Shown: positions 17,124-26,281, counted from the stretch's first letter. The stretch is 32,000 bases of DNA from an uncultured Erysipelotrichaceae bacterium (GCA_942493105.1 OW818668.1:1350001-1382000), one strand, 5' to 3'. The notes: generated by a model from the letters alone, not told the origin. A program made the numbers and translations.

Positions 17124-17149
17124 ATGTCCGTTAAGGACATTTTTAAACG

Positions 17150-18469
17150 ATGCAAGTTAAAATAGAAAAATCCGGAATCAATGGCGAAGGCATCGCCTAT
17201 ATCGATCGTCAACCTGTCTTTATTGAAGGGGTTTTACCTTACGAAATCGTAGAAATCAAGATCACCCAAACCCAATCCACTTATCAAAAAGGCGAACTTT
17301 TACGTATCATAAAAGCCAGTCCTTTTAGAATTCAAGCCCCATGTCCTGTACAAGCCACCTGTGGGGGTTGTGCACTGATGATCGCGACCGTTGAGCAACA
17401 AGAAAAAATCAAGCTGGATCATCTTAAACAAGCCCTGGTCAAATACATGGGCAACATCGATTACAGATTGATCAAACCCATGGTTTCAAATCCACAACCT
17501 TTGGGTTATCGCAATATGTTTAAGTTACCGGTTCGCAGTGAAAAAGGGAAGTTGGTCAGTGGTTTGTATTCTGCCAACTCCAATCATTTCGTCAAAGCTG
17601 ATCATTGTTTGATCCATTCTGATGAATTAGAAGCTGCCAAGGTTTTGATCCTGGAGTGTTTGAATATTCATAAACAAGAAGCCTTTAGTTTTGAGTCCAT
17701 GGTGGGCATTCGTTATTTGATCTTAAGAGGTTTTGAAGGACAATTCCAACTCACCTTGATCGTGGGTGAAAACAAGATCCCTGATGAACTGATCAGTGAT
17801 CTTATGAAGATCGACAGTGTAAAATCAATCTATCTCAGTGTCAATACAGACCGTCATGCGCATGATCCTTTTGGGAACAACTTAATCCACAAGGCAGGAT
17901 TAAAAACCATTCCAGTGACCTTAAATGGGCTCAGGTATGAGCTTTCACCCACTGCTTTCTTTCAACTCAATTTGATTCAAGCTTCAGCCATCTTCAATAA
18001 AGTCGTTCAATTGGTTAAAGCAGAAGATGTGGTCTTGGATGCGTATTGTGGGGTAGGGGCGATGAGTTTACCTTTGGCTCAAAAAGTTAAAAAAGTCATC
18101 GGTTTGGAAATCAACTTGGCGTCCGTTAAAGCAGCGATCGAGAATGCCTCCCTCAATAAAATCAACAACGTTCACTTCAATCAAGGCGATGTTCAGCTGT
18201 TATTGCCTGAACTGTTAAAAACAGAAAAGATCCATGCGTTGGTGATGGATCCGCCACGAAGCGGTTTAAGCAGTCAAATGATTGAAACATTACTCAACTC
18301 AAATATCGAACATTTGATTTATGTCTCTTGTAATCCTTCAACTTTAGCCAAGAATCTGGCTGAATTAAAAAAGAAGTATACGATCGTCTCGTTGACTCCT
18401 TTTGATTTATTTACGCAATCGCCGTTACTGGAAGTCGTGGCAGATCTCAAACTGATCAAATCAGTTTGA
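17150..18469 (+). CDS. rlmCD: 23S rRNA (uracil-5-)-methyltransferase, RumA/RlmCD family
   Basis: N-terminal TRAM-like domain, Fe-S cysteines CPVQATCGGCALM, SAM motif LDAYCGVGAMS, and catalytic DPPRSG plus YVSCNPST. Confidence 0.85.
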   Translation: MQVKIEKSGINGEGIAYIDRQPVFIEGVLPYEIVEIKITQTQSTYQKGELLRIIKASPFRIQAPCPVQATCGGCALMIATVEQQEKIKLDHLKQALVKYMGNIDYRLIKPMVSNPQPLGYRNMFKLPVRSEKGKLVSGLYSANSNHFVKADHCLIHSDELEAAKVLILECLNIHKQEAFSFESMVGIRYLILRGFEGQFQLTLIVGENKIPDELISDLMKIDSVKSIYLSVNTDRHAHDPFGNNLIHKAGLKTIPVTLNGLRYELSPTAFFQLNLIQASAIFNKVVQLVKAEDVVLDAYCGVGAMSLPLAQKVKKVIGLEINLASVKAAIENASLNKINNVHFNQGDVQLLLPELLKTEKIHALVMDPPRSGLSSQMIETLLNSNIEHLIYVSCNPSTLAKNLAELKKKYTIVSLTPFDLFTQSPLLEVVADLKLIKSV

Positions 18470-19259
18470 AATGCTTAAGCGCATTATAGATACCGTCTTG
18501 TTCAAGGTCGTTGGTGACATAATCAGCGACTTTTTTTAAATTCTCAGTGGCATTGCCCATAGCAATCCCGATCCCGGCTTTTTGAATCATCCGAATATCA
18601 TTGTCGGCATCCCCAAACACCATGACTTGATCCCAACGTAAACCAATCAACTCTAGGACATCTTCGATGCCTTTGGATTTATGAATGTCTTTGTCATAAA
18701 TGTCCATGCCCCAACTAAAGGCTCTGGTAAAGGTCCAATTGGGAAACAAATCATTTTGATCGATGACTTTTTGAACGTCACCGACCAAGAAGATACCCAT
18801 CGCCATATCTTTATCCAACGCATCAGGATCATCTTGAGCATCCAAGAAACGTCCGGCTGGATCTTCACCATGGCCGTAATGTTTCGCAAACAGTTCATAA
18901 TCATTTAAGATGACGATTTGTTTAGAACATTTACATCCTAAAGCGATCTTTTCTTTCTTACATATGTCTAATAATCTTAAGATATCTGCTTTATCCAGAT
19001 CATGTCTTTTGATGATCTGATGATTTCTATCCATGACACATTGGCCATTGATGGTCACATAATAATCACTGTCGATGACTTCAAATACTTGTGGTTTGAT
19101 GAAGTAAGGGGCACGTCCAGTGGCCACCAAGACTTTATATCCATTCTCATGTAAGGTATGTATGGCTGTGACGGCAGAAGCTTCAATGATTCTCTTTTTT
19201 TCAGAGACCAAAGTGTTATCGATGTCGAATACGACCATTTTGATGTTGCTGGGTTCCAT
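18456..19259 (-). CDS. Cof-type HAD-IIB family hydrolase (sugar-phosphatase-like)
   Basis: Motif I VVFDIDNTLV, motif II ATGR, motif IV GDADNDIRM. ATG 19259 follows SD GGAGA. The 3' end overlaps rlmCD by 14 nt. Confidence 0.8.
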   Translation of the reverse strand: MEPSNIKMVVFDIDNTLVSEKKRIIEASAVTAIHTLHENGYKVLVATGRAPYFIKPQVFEVIDSDYYVTINGQCVMDRNHQIIKRHDLDKADILRLLDICKKEKIALGCKCSKQIVILNDYELFAKHYGHGEDPAGRFLDAQDDPDALDKDMAMGIFLVGDVQKVIDQNDLFPNWTFTRAFSWGMDIYDKDIHKSKGIEDVLELIGLRWDQVMVFGDADNDIRMIQKAGIGIAMGNATENLKKVADYVTNDLEQDGIYNALKHFKLI

Positions 19260-19358
19260 ATGTGTTTCTCCACACATTAGTTTAACATACACCTTCACAC
19301 TGGTCATATCCTTTGAAATAAAATGTTTAAACTTTATACTTTATCCATGAGGTATATT

Positions 19359-20126
19359 ATGAAAAAAGCATTCTTTATGGCCCATGGGGCTCCTACGATA
19401 TATTTAGAAGACAATGATTATACACAAACATTGAAAAAATTTAGAAAAGATCATCCTGAAATCAAAAGACTGGTGCTTATGTCGGCTCACTTTGAATCAC
19501 AGATCATTCAAGTGTCTACTTCGATTAACTATGAAACCATGTATGATTTCGGAGGTTTCCCTAAAGAACTCTATGAGGTCAAAATGGAAACGAAAGGGGA
19601 TCCTAACTTAGGAAGAGACGTGTTGTCGCTTTTAGACAAAGCTGGATTAAAAGCCAAAGCTACTCAAGATAGACCACTGGATCATGGCGCATGGACCTTA
19701 CTCAAGCTCATCGATCCGCAAAATACATTGTCTGTTGTGTTGATGTCGGTGAATCCTTTTGAAGAACCACAGCAACTTATGAAGATCGGAGAAACTTTTA
19801 GATCATTAAGTGATGACACCGCCTTTATCTTCTCGGGAGGATTGGTTCATAACTTAGGATGGTTGGGATATGGGGATCAAGCAGATCCAAAAGCACTGCG
19901 TTTTTGGACATGGTTGGATCAAGCCATACAAAACAAAGATTCCCAAGCTTTGATTAACTATAAATCACAGGTTGATGCGAAATTGGCCGTTCCAAGACCT
20001 GAACATTTCATCGGGTTATTTAGTGTTTATGGTTTTTCGAAAGACCAAGATCAAGTTCATTTATTGAGTCATATGTTTCAGTTTCAAACTTTAAGTTTAG
20101 ATTATTATGCGTTTGTAGGTAAGTAA
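19359..20126 (+). CDS. Class III extradiol dioxygenase (LigB family, 4,5-DOPA dioxygenase/YgiD-like)
   Basis: FFMAHGAPT, MSAHFES and LDHGAW blocks are typical of YgiD/DODA. ATG 19359 follows GAGGT. Confidence 0.7.
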   Translation: MKKAFFMAHGAPTIYLEDNDYTQTLKKFRKDHPEIKRLVLMSAHFESQIIQVSTSINYETMYDFGGFPKELYEVKMETKGDPNLGRDVLSLLDKAGLKAKATQDRPLDHGAWTLLKLIDPQNTLSVVLMSVNPFEEPQQLMKIGETFRSLSDDTAFIFSGGLVHNLGWLGYGDQADPKALRFWTWLDQAIQNKDSQALINYKSQVDAKLAVPRPEHFIGLFSVYGFSKDQDQVHLLSHMFQFQTLSLDYYAFVGK

Positions 20127-20180
20127 TTATTCACTGTTAAGATTATCTTGGGATTAGTTTTTTTGATAATTATGATTTGC

Positions 20181-20208
20181 TTGAAGCAAACATATGCTGT
20201 GCTATAAT
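20181..20208 (+). promoter_or_regulatory. Promoter of the solitary tRNA gene
   Basis: TTGAAG (20181-20186), 16-nt spacer ending in TGC, TATAAT (20203-20208), which gives an extended -10. The tRNA 5' end is 14 nt downstream. Confidence 0.6.
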
Positions 20209-20221
20209 TAAATAGCCGCAT

Positions 20222-20297
20222 GGGGGTATAGCTCAATTGGTAGAGCACTTGGTTCGCAATCAAGGGGTCGAGGGTTCGAGTCCCTTTACCTCCACCA
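20222..20297 (+). tRNA. tRNA-Ala (anticodon CGC), CCA encoded
   Basis: Hand-folded cloverleaf. Acceptor GGGGGTA/TACCTCC has the G3:U70 alanine identity pair. D arm GCTC-AATTGGTA-GAGC. Anticodon arm CTTGG-TTCGCAA-TCAAG. T arm GAGGG-TTCGAGT-CCCTT. Discriminator A plus CCA. Confidence 0.9.
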
Positions 20298-20309
20298 AAC
20301 GATAAATGA

Positions 20310-20331
20310 AACCTTAAATAAGGTTTTTTTT
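20310..20331 (+). terminator. Rho-independent terminator after tRNA-Ala
   Basis: AACCTT-aaat-AAGGTT followed by T7. Confidence 0.65.
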
Positions 20332-20372
20332 ATGTGTTTTTCCCATAACTTGTTTGGGAAGAGGGGTGCGCT

Positions 20373-20858
20373 GTGTTAAAATGTTGTTGTCTTATGATAA
20401 AAACCAAAGTATTAAGAAACATATTCATTGCTTATGTGGTCATTCTGGTCTATGGAATGGTTATTTTTAACCGAAATCTTGATTTTAGTTGGATTGTGAC
20501 CGGAGGTTTTGATAAACTTCAGGCAATGATGGCAGATACCACCAACCTCATTCCTTTTGCGACCATCAACCGTTATTTGGGGGTATTGGATCGACCCAGC
20601 GGCTTTGGTTTATTTCTATACAATGTGATTGGAAACATGCTGATCTTACTTCCTTTTGGATATTTCTTTCCGATGGTCAATAAAGCGGTAAAGAAATGGT
20701 GGGTGTTTGTTTGTGTGGCTTTAATATTTATCTTATGTATCGAAGCGATGCAATATGTATCGATGAGTGGGACTTTGGATGTGGATGATGTCTTATTGAA
20801 TTTGATGGGGGCACTGATCGGATATTTTTTGAGTCCTGATAAAGGCAAGGCTGTTTAG
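20373..20858 (+). CDS. VanZ-family membrane protein
   Basis: 4-5 TM helices and the C-terminal VanZ signature GTLDVDDVLLNLMGALIGY. The start is GTG 20373 (GAGGGG upstream) or ATG 20394. Confidence 0.75.
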   Translation: MLKCCCLMIKTKVLRNIFIAYVVILVYGMVIFNRNLDFSWIVTGGFDKLQAMMADTTNLIPFATINRYLGVLDRPSGFGLFLYNVIGNMLILLPFGYFFPMVNKAVKKWWVFVCVALIFILCIEAMQYVSMSGTLDVDDVLLNLMGALIGYFLSPDKGKAV

Positions 20859-20872
20859 CACACTAAGAAAGT

Positions 20873-22116
20873 TTGGGAAAGATGTTTAAATTTATCGATC
20901 AATACCGCGGTTTAAACCGCGACATCTATATTTTGTTTATAGGACGTGTTATAGGGGCACTGGGGACTTTTATATGGCCTTTATTGACACTGATTCTGAA
21001 AGTTAAATTAGGCTACAGTGCCTCGCAGATAGCTTTGATCATGGTGCTGGGTTTTGCGGCTAATTTACCGGCAAGTTTATTGGGCGGGAAGCTAACCGAT
21101 CGCTATGGTCGAAAAAAGATCATCGTCATCTCAAATTTACTGATGGTCAGCTGTTTCTACATCAATGCGATGCTACCTATTTCTACTTTAACCGTTGTCT
21201 TGTTTTTCTTCTCAAGTTTCTTTGGGACGGTTCAAGGTCCTGCTTATGATGCGATGTTGGCGGATAAATCAACTTCGGATCAGCGCGCAAAAGCTTATTC
21301 TTTGAGCTACATGGGCTTTAATCTAGGCTTTATCTTGGGTCCTGCGATTGGGGGCTTCTTGTTTAAGGATCTATTATGGTTGGCGTTTTTGGTCGATGGA
21401 CAACATCTTTACTGGGTACTTTACTGATCATGTTTATGATCAAGGATACCAAACTCAGTGATATCAAACATACCTTGAATGCGTATGAACAAACCAAAGA
21501 TGGAGAAAGCACCTTATCGATCATCTTTAAATCCAAGACCCTTTGGATCTATCTGGCTTGTAGTTCATTGGTCGGTTTGATGTATACCCAAACCAATTTC
21601 CTCTTACCTTTGCAACTTGAAAAAACTTTGCCCAATTACTCTGAAATCTATGGTTTCATGTATTCACTCAATGGTTTGGTCGTTATTCTTGCAACCCCTG
21701 TTTTGACCTATTATCTTAAAAGGGTCAATGAGGTCAATAAGTTTGGGATTGCCATATTCTTCTTCATGAGCAGTTTTATCATTTATGCTTTCTTAGGCAC
21801 ATTGATCCCATTATTGTTTATCGGTATGATCGTATTTACCATCGGTGAAGTCATCAACACCATCGCCAATGCAGCGTACTTCTCAAGACGTGTTCCAGCC
21901 TCTCATCGAGGAAGGATCTCATCGACCTTGGGGATCATCTCAGCGGTGATCGGGTCGATTGCTCAGATTTCATTTGGATTTGTCGTTGATTTGTTGCCTT
22001 ATCAGATGGCTTGGTTAATCATTATATCCTTAGGTTTATTGGCTTTGAGCCTGATTCCGTTATTTAGACGCAGTGATAAGCGAGATTATCACCTACTTTA
22101 TAAGGAGCTGACATGA
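20873..22116 (+). pseudogene. MFS transporter interrupted by a -1 frameshift (ORFs 20873-21427 and 21376-22116)
   Basis: The N-terminal half carries the MFS motif A-like GGKLTDRYGRKK; the C-terminal half has about 6 more TM helices. The reading frame switches around 21398-21400. Adding one base gives ...WLAFLVDG-TTSLLGTLLIMF... Confidence 0.75.
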
Positions 22117-22346
22117 ACTTTCTACCTTTTGTATTCTTTCCGATCATCATTATTCCACTCATTGCCTTACTGGTCGTCGTTGCCCCACTGATCATTGGAT
22201 TTATGGTCTACAATGATGCGCGAAGAAGAGGTGTTGAATCACCGATGATGTGGGCCATTGTCGCTGTACTGGTTCCATTTTACATTGGCTTACTGCTTTA
22301 TCTGTTGATTGGATCCACACAAACAAAACCTGGGGATCGATTATGA
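22113..22346 (+). CDS. PLDc_N-domain small membrane protein
   Basis: 77 aa with two TM helices. YNDARRRG...WAIVAVLVPFYIGLLLYLLIG is the typical PLD-nuclease-N-terminal-domain pattern. The start overlaps the MFS stop (ATGA). Confidence 0.7.
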   Translation: MNFLPFVFFPIIIIPLIALLVVVAPLIIGFMVYNDARRRGVESPMMWAIVAVLVPFYIGLLLYLLIGSTQTKPGDRL

Positions 22347-23164
22347 GTTTTATCGACCTTCATAACCATTGCTTTGCGGGAATGGATGATGGGGTAAAAA
22401 CAGATGAAGAAGCATTAATGATGTTACAAAGCGCTCTAAAAAGCGACATTAAACTCATCTATGTGACACCTCATCGAGAACCTAAAGGCCGCTATAATCC
22501 AGATAATGAAACCGTGCTTCAGGCATGGCGTCATCTTAAGCGCTTGGCTGTAAAACATGAGCTGGATATTGAGATCCGCTATGGTGAAGAATTCAGAATC
22601 AAAACAGACTCCTTTGACCTGATTAAAAACAATCAGGTTTTAGGCTATATGGATACAGATTATGTCTTGGCTGAATTTACACGAACCAATGCTTTTTCGA
22701 AATTGGCATCACAAGCGATTCTTACCTTTCAAGAAAATGGCAAAAAAGTCTTGATTGCGCATCCTGAACGTTATTTTGATGATGTTCATGAAGGGGTAGA
22801 ACACTGTAAGAAGTGGGTCAGTATGGGCTGTTACTTACAGATCAATCGGACTTCATTGTTGGGAACACATGGGGTTTATGCTGAAAAAATCGCCCATCGT
22901 TTGATCAAATTGGGTTTAGCGCATGTGATTGCCAGTGATGCTCATGAAGGTGAAGGCATCAGAGTATGTCGCTTAGATGATGTATTTTTTATGGTCAAAA
23001 AGAAATATGGTTTACATGAAGCCAATATGTTGTTTCATAAAAATCCAGAATACTTGACCAAGAATGAAGCACTTCAAAGCATCAAGAAACCTAAGAAACG
23101 TATTGCGTTGCTTTCGCGTCTCAAAATAAAAAAGAAGACCGATACCACAAATAAAGGGGAATGA
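22343..23164 (+). CDS. PHP-family protein-tyrosine phosphatase (CpsB/YwqE type)
   Basis: MSFIDLHNHCFAGMDDG, TPH, HPERY and ASDAH blocks align with CpsB. ATG 22343 overlaps the upstream stop (ATGA). The longer track ORF (from 22250) lies inside the previous gene. Confidence 0.85.
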   Translation: MSFIDLHNHCFAGMDDGVKTDEEALMMLQSALKSDIKLIYVTPHREPKGRYNPDNETVLQAWRHLKRLAVKHELDIEIRYGEEFRIKTDSFDLIKNNQVLGYMDTDYVLAEFTRTNAFSKLASQAILTFQENGKKVLIAHPERYFDDVHEGVEHCKKWVSMGCYLQINRTSLLGTHGVYAEKIAHRLIKLGLAHVIASDAHEGEGIRVCRLDDVFFMVKKKYGLHEANMLFHKNPEYLTKNEALQSIKKPKKRIALLSRLKIKKKTDTTNKGE

Positions 23165-23166
23165 TC

Positions 23167-24171
23167 ATGGTGAAAAAGAAAGTCTTATTGACGGGTGGTT
23201 TGGGCTATATCGGTTCCCACATCATCGCAAGCATGGAAGATCCAAGCATGGTGGTAATCGCAGATAATTGTTCCAATTGTGAACTCGATCAAATCGAGCG
23301 ATTGAAACAATTGGTATCTTTAGAAAAACATCAAGTTTATTTGGTGGATTGTACTGATCTCAATGCTTTTGAAGTGATCTTCAAAGAAAATGAAATCGAT
23401 ACAGTGATCCATTTGGCAGGCTATAAAGCTGTTGGGGAATCGGTTGAGAAACCCCTTGAATATTACGCCAATAATCTTAATGCGACCTTGAATGTATTGA
23501 CCTTATGTGATCGATATCATGTCAATCGTTTGATTTTCAGTTCTTCCGCAACGGTTTATGGTCCTCAGATTTCCCCAATGAATGAGTCGATGACTTTACT
23601 GAAGACCACCAATCCTTATGCGGAAACCAAAGCCATGAGTGAACGCATGATCGAAGATTATTGTGTGGTTCATCCTGACATGGCCGCAACCTCTTTACGT
23701 TACTTTAACCCTGTAGGAGCCCATCCTAGCGGCATCATTGGGGAATTCCCAAAAGGGATACCCAATAACCTTCTGCCGTATGTTCAACAAGTGGCCAGTG
23801 GTAAACGACCTTGGCTCAATGTTTTTGGGAATGATTATGATACAGCTGATGGAACACCGATCCGTGACTATATCCATGTGATGGATCTGGCTTTGGCTCA
23901 CTTATGTGTGTTAAAATCACCCCAAGCAGGATATCGTATCTACAATGTCGGCACAGGAGTTGGAACTTCTGTTTTAGGTTTAGTCCATGCCTTTGAAGAA
24001 GCCAATCAACTTAAGATTCCAACCAAGATCACCGATCGAAGAAGCGGTGATGTGACAGAAAGTACAGCTGATGTTTCTAAGATCAAAAAAGAACTCGGTT
24101 GGGTCAGCCAATATACGATCCAAGACATCTGTAAAGATGCCTGGAACTTTGAAAAGAAACATTCGATTTAA
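23167..24171 (+). CDS. galE: UDP-glucose 4-epimerase
   Basis: VLLTGGLGYIGSH, SSSATVYG, YAETKAM (YxxxK), LRYFNPVGAH and DYIHVMDLA. ATG 23167 follows AAAGGGGA; ATG 23161 is also possible. Confidence 0.9.
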   Translation: MVKKKVLLTGGLGYIGSHIIASMEDPSMVVIADNCSNCELDQIERLKQLVSLEKHQVYLVDCTDLNAFEVIFKENEIDTVIHLAGYKAVGESVEKPLEYYANNLNATLNVLTLCDRYHVNRLIFSSSATVYGPQISPMNESMTLLKTTNPYAETKAMSERMIEDYCVVHPDMAATSLRYFNPVGAHPSGIIGEFPKGIPNNLLPYVQQVASGKRPWLNVFGNDYDTADGTPIRDYIHVMDLALAHLCVLKSPQAGYRIYNVGTGVGTSVLGLVHAFEEANQLKIPTKITDRRSGDVTESTADVSKIKKELGWVSQYTIQDICKDAWNFEKKHSI

Positions 24172-24228
24172 AGAAGTATAAAGTAATCTTAATAGAAAGT
24201 CTTGTGCATTAACCCTTGAGTAACCAAT

Positions 24229-25362
24229 ATGAACCCTATTTCAATTCCGACCCTTATCCATTTCATTCAACCTGGTGCTTTAAGTACCCAGCTGATTAAC
24301 AAAGTATCGATTCAAAAGACAGCCCTCTTCATCAGTGAAAGTACAGCTGAACAATTGAACTTTTTGCCCATGATTGAATCGATGAAACAACAAGGCACTG
24401 TGACTTGGATCCATCAAATCCCTGCGATACTTACTTATCAAGATATTACATCTGCTTTAAAAATCTTGAAGGACAGTGATTATACCTTGTTTATTGCGAT
24501 TGGTGGAAGCAGTGCTTTGGATATCGCTAAGAGTACGGCTGCTTTGCTTTGGATGAATGATCATGTATTGGATGATGCTAAAGTATTAAAAGCCATTCAA
24601 ACTGAGAATTATCTCAAACATCCTGATCGACCAGAATTGATCGCTGTCCCAACAACTTCAGAATTAAGTGGTGTATTGACGCAATGGGCTAATGTTTGTG
24701 ACTTAAGTAAAAATGCGAAATATGTCATTAAGGCACCAACACTTGCCTTTGATCGTGCATATATCGTTGTTGAATATACACAATTTATGCCTTTACGTTT
24801 GACTTTATCGACAGGATTAGATGCTTTGACCCAAGCTTCTGAAGCGTATTGGGCCAAATCAACATCTCCGGCTGTTCAAACCTTAGCGCTTAAAGCAATT
24901 CGTTTGATCGTTAGAAACTTACCTTTGGTGATAAGAAATCTTGAATCTCTTGAACTTAGAAAACAAATGATGATTGGATCCTTATTGGCTGCTTTGGCTT
25001 TCAGCAATACCAATTCAACCGCTTGTGATGCCATTTCTTATCCTTTGACACTAAAAGTTAAAATGGATCATGGCTTGGCGTGTGCACTGACTTTGGCAGA
25101 TCTTCTAAGATATAATCTCAGTGCTTTATCAAATCCCGAAAGTGTCTATGAAGCTTTCAACATCAACAATCCTGAAGAATTATGGATGTGGATCGAAAAG
25201 ACTTCTGAAGGCATTGCGTCGATGAAACTATCAGATTATGGGGTCAAATCAGAAGAACTTGATGAATTGGTGAGCTTGTCTTTCACCTATGGGAATATGG
25301 AAAACAATCCCATTGAACTTACCTCAAACCATGTCGAAAACATCCTAAAACTTCATCTGTGA
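24229..25362 (+). CDS. Iron-containing (group III) alcohol dehydrogenase family protein, atypical metal site
   Basis: IAIGGSSALDIAK (GGGSxxD-like), GLDALTQASEAY and AFSNTNSTACDAISYPLTLKVKMDHGLACA align colinearly with the FucO-type blocks. No obvious SD. Confidence 0.75.
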   Translation: MNPISIPTLIHFIQPGALSTQLINKVSIQKTALFISESTAEQLNFLPMIESMKQQGTVTWIHQIPAILTYQDITSALKILKDSDYTLFIAIGGSSALDIAKSTAALLWMNDHVLDDAKVLKAIQTENYLKHPDRPELIAVPTTSELSGVLTQWANVCDLSKNAKYVIKAPTLAFDRAYIVVEYTQFMPLRLTLSTGLDALTQASEAYWAKSTSPAVQTLALKAIRLIVRNLPLVIRNLESLELRKQMMIGSLLAALAFSNTNSTACDAISYPLTLKVKMDHGLACALTLADLLRYNLSALSNPESVYEAFNINNPEELWMWIEKTSEGIASMKLSDYGVKSEELDELVSLSFTYGNMENNPIELTSNHVENILKLHL

Positions 25363-25375
25363 TGAAGTTTTTTAT
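25347..25375 (+). terminator. Rho-independent terminator overlapping the ADH stop codon
   Basis: AAAACTTCATC-tgt-GATGAAGTTTT is an 11-bp stem whose 3' arm runs into a T-rich tract. Confidence 0.6.
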
Positions 25376-25420
25376 TGAGATGACGTTCATTTAAGAATCG
25401 TAATGATACACAATTTTTAA

Positions 25421-26281
25421 GTGAAAGCGTATAATAATAAAGCATTTATGAAAGGACTCTCTGTCGAAGTTGACAGACTTAACACTATGTCAGAAAATCA
25501 AAATCTAGATCCTAAATTTAATCCGTTTAAAGCTCGTCCTAAGAAAGAAACCAAAATCAAAAAGATGTTTGCGATCGTCAGTGGAAAAGGCGGTGTCGGT
25601 AAATCGACAGTTGCGGCACTCTTGGCTTCGCATGCCCAAAAATCTGGTTTTCAAACAGGATTGCTTGATGGAGATATCGTTGGGCCATCAATGGGACAAC
25701 TCTTTAATATTCATACCCAAGCTTTTGGTAGCGATGATGGCATTTTACCGTTTGTGACCGAGAGTGGTCTAAAAGTCATCACTTCGAATATGTTGGTAGA
25801 ATCTGATACGACACCCATTTTATGGCGTGGGGCATTGATCACCAACGCAGTCAAACAATTTTACACCGATGTCGCATGGGGCGAACTTGACCTCTTGGTG
25901 GTGGATATGCCGCCAGGTACTGGTGATATTGCCTTGACTGTTTTTCAGTCCTTACCGATCGATGGGATCATCATTGTGACCACGCCTCAGGATTTGGTCT
26001 CCATGATCGTTTCTAAAGCCATAGAAATGGCTCAAAAGATGAATGTTCCGATTTTAGGCATCATCGAAAATATGAGTTATTTTGATTGCGATGAATGCAA
26101 TAAACGTCATACACCTTTCGGGATCAGTAAAGTCAATGACTTGGCCGAGAAATACAATCTGCCTGTGATTGCCCAATTACCAATCGTATCATCTTTCAAT
26201 CAATTGGCAGATGAAGGCCGTATCGAAGAAATCGACAGTGAAGATTTCATGTGGTTGGTTGAAACTTTGATGGTGGAATGA
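25421..26281 (+). CDS. mrp: Mrp/ApbC/NBP35-family Fe-S cluster carrier ATPase
   Basis: Deviant Walker [19 protein letters not shown], and C-terminal CDECNKRH (CxxC). The start is uncertain (GTG 25421, ATG 25448 or ATG 25487) and none has an SD. TATAAT lies at 25430-25435. Confidence 0.8.
   Translation: MKAYNNKAFMKGLSVEVDRLNTMSENQNLDPKFNPFKARPKKETKIKKMFAIVSGKGGVGKSTVAALLASHAQKSGFQTGLLDGDIVGPSMGQLFNIHTQAFGSDDGILPFVTESGLKVITSNMLVESDTTPILWRGALITNAVKQFYTDVAWGELDLLVVDMPPGTGDIALTVFQSLPIDGIIIVTTPQDLVSMIVSKAIEMAQKMNVPILGIIENMSYFDCDECNKRHTPFGISKVNDLAEKYNLPVIAQLPIVSSFNQLADEGRIEEIDSEDFMWLVETLMVE

Noticed and set aside
17122-17146. Hairpin AAATGTCC-gttaa-GGACATTT just after the pyrophosphatase-like gene, as a possible terminator
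   Set aside because: The stem is short and AT-rich with only a marginal T-run, and it lies 4 nt before the rlmCD start. It could be a weak attenuator, but the evidence is insufficient to call it.
19257-19277. Hairpin ATGTGT-ggagaa-ACACAT placing the HAD gene's SD in a loop right next to its start codon
   Set aside because: It is only 6 bp and AT-rich, so it is probably too weak to be regulatory. I noted it but consider it insignificant without conservation data.
20298-25400. Genomic island integrated at the tRNA-Ala gene (vanZ, broken MFS, orphan cpsB cluster)
   Set aside because: There is no integrase, recombinase or mobility gene. I could not find a direct repeat of the tRNA 3' end (e.g. 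TACCTCCACCA) downstream, and I saw no obvious compositional break.
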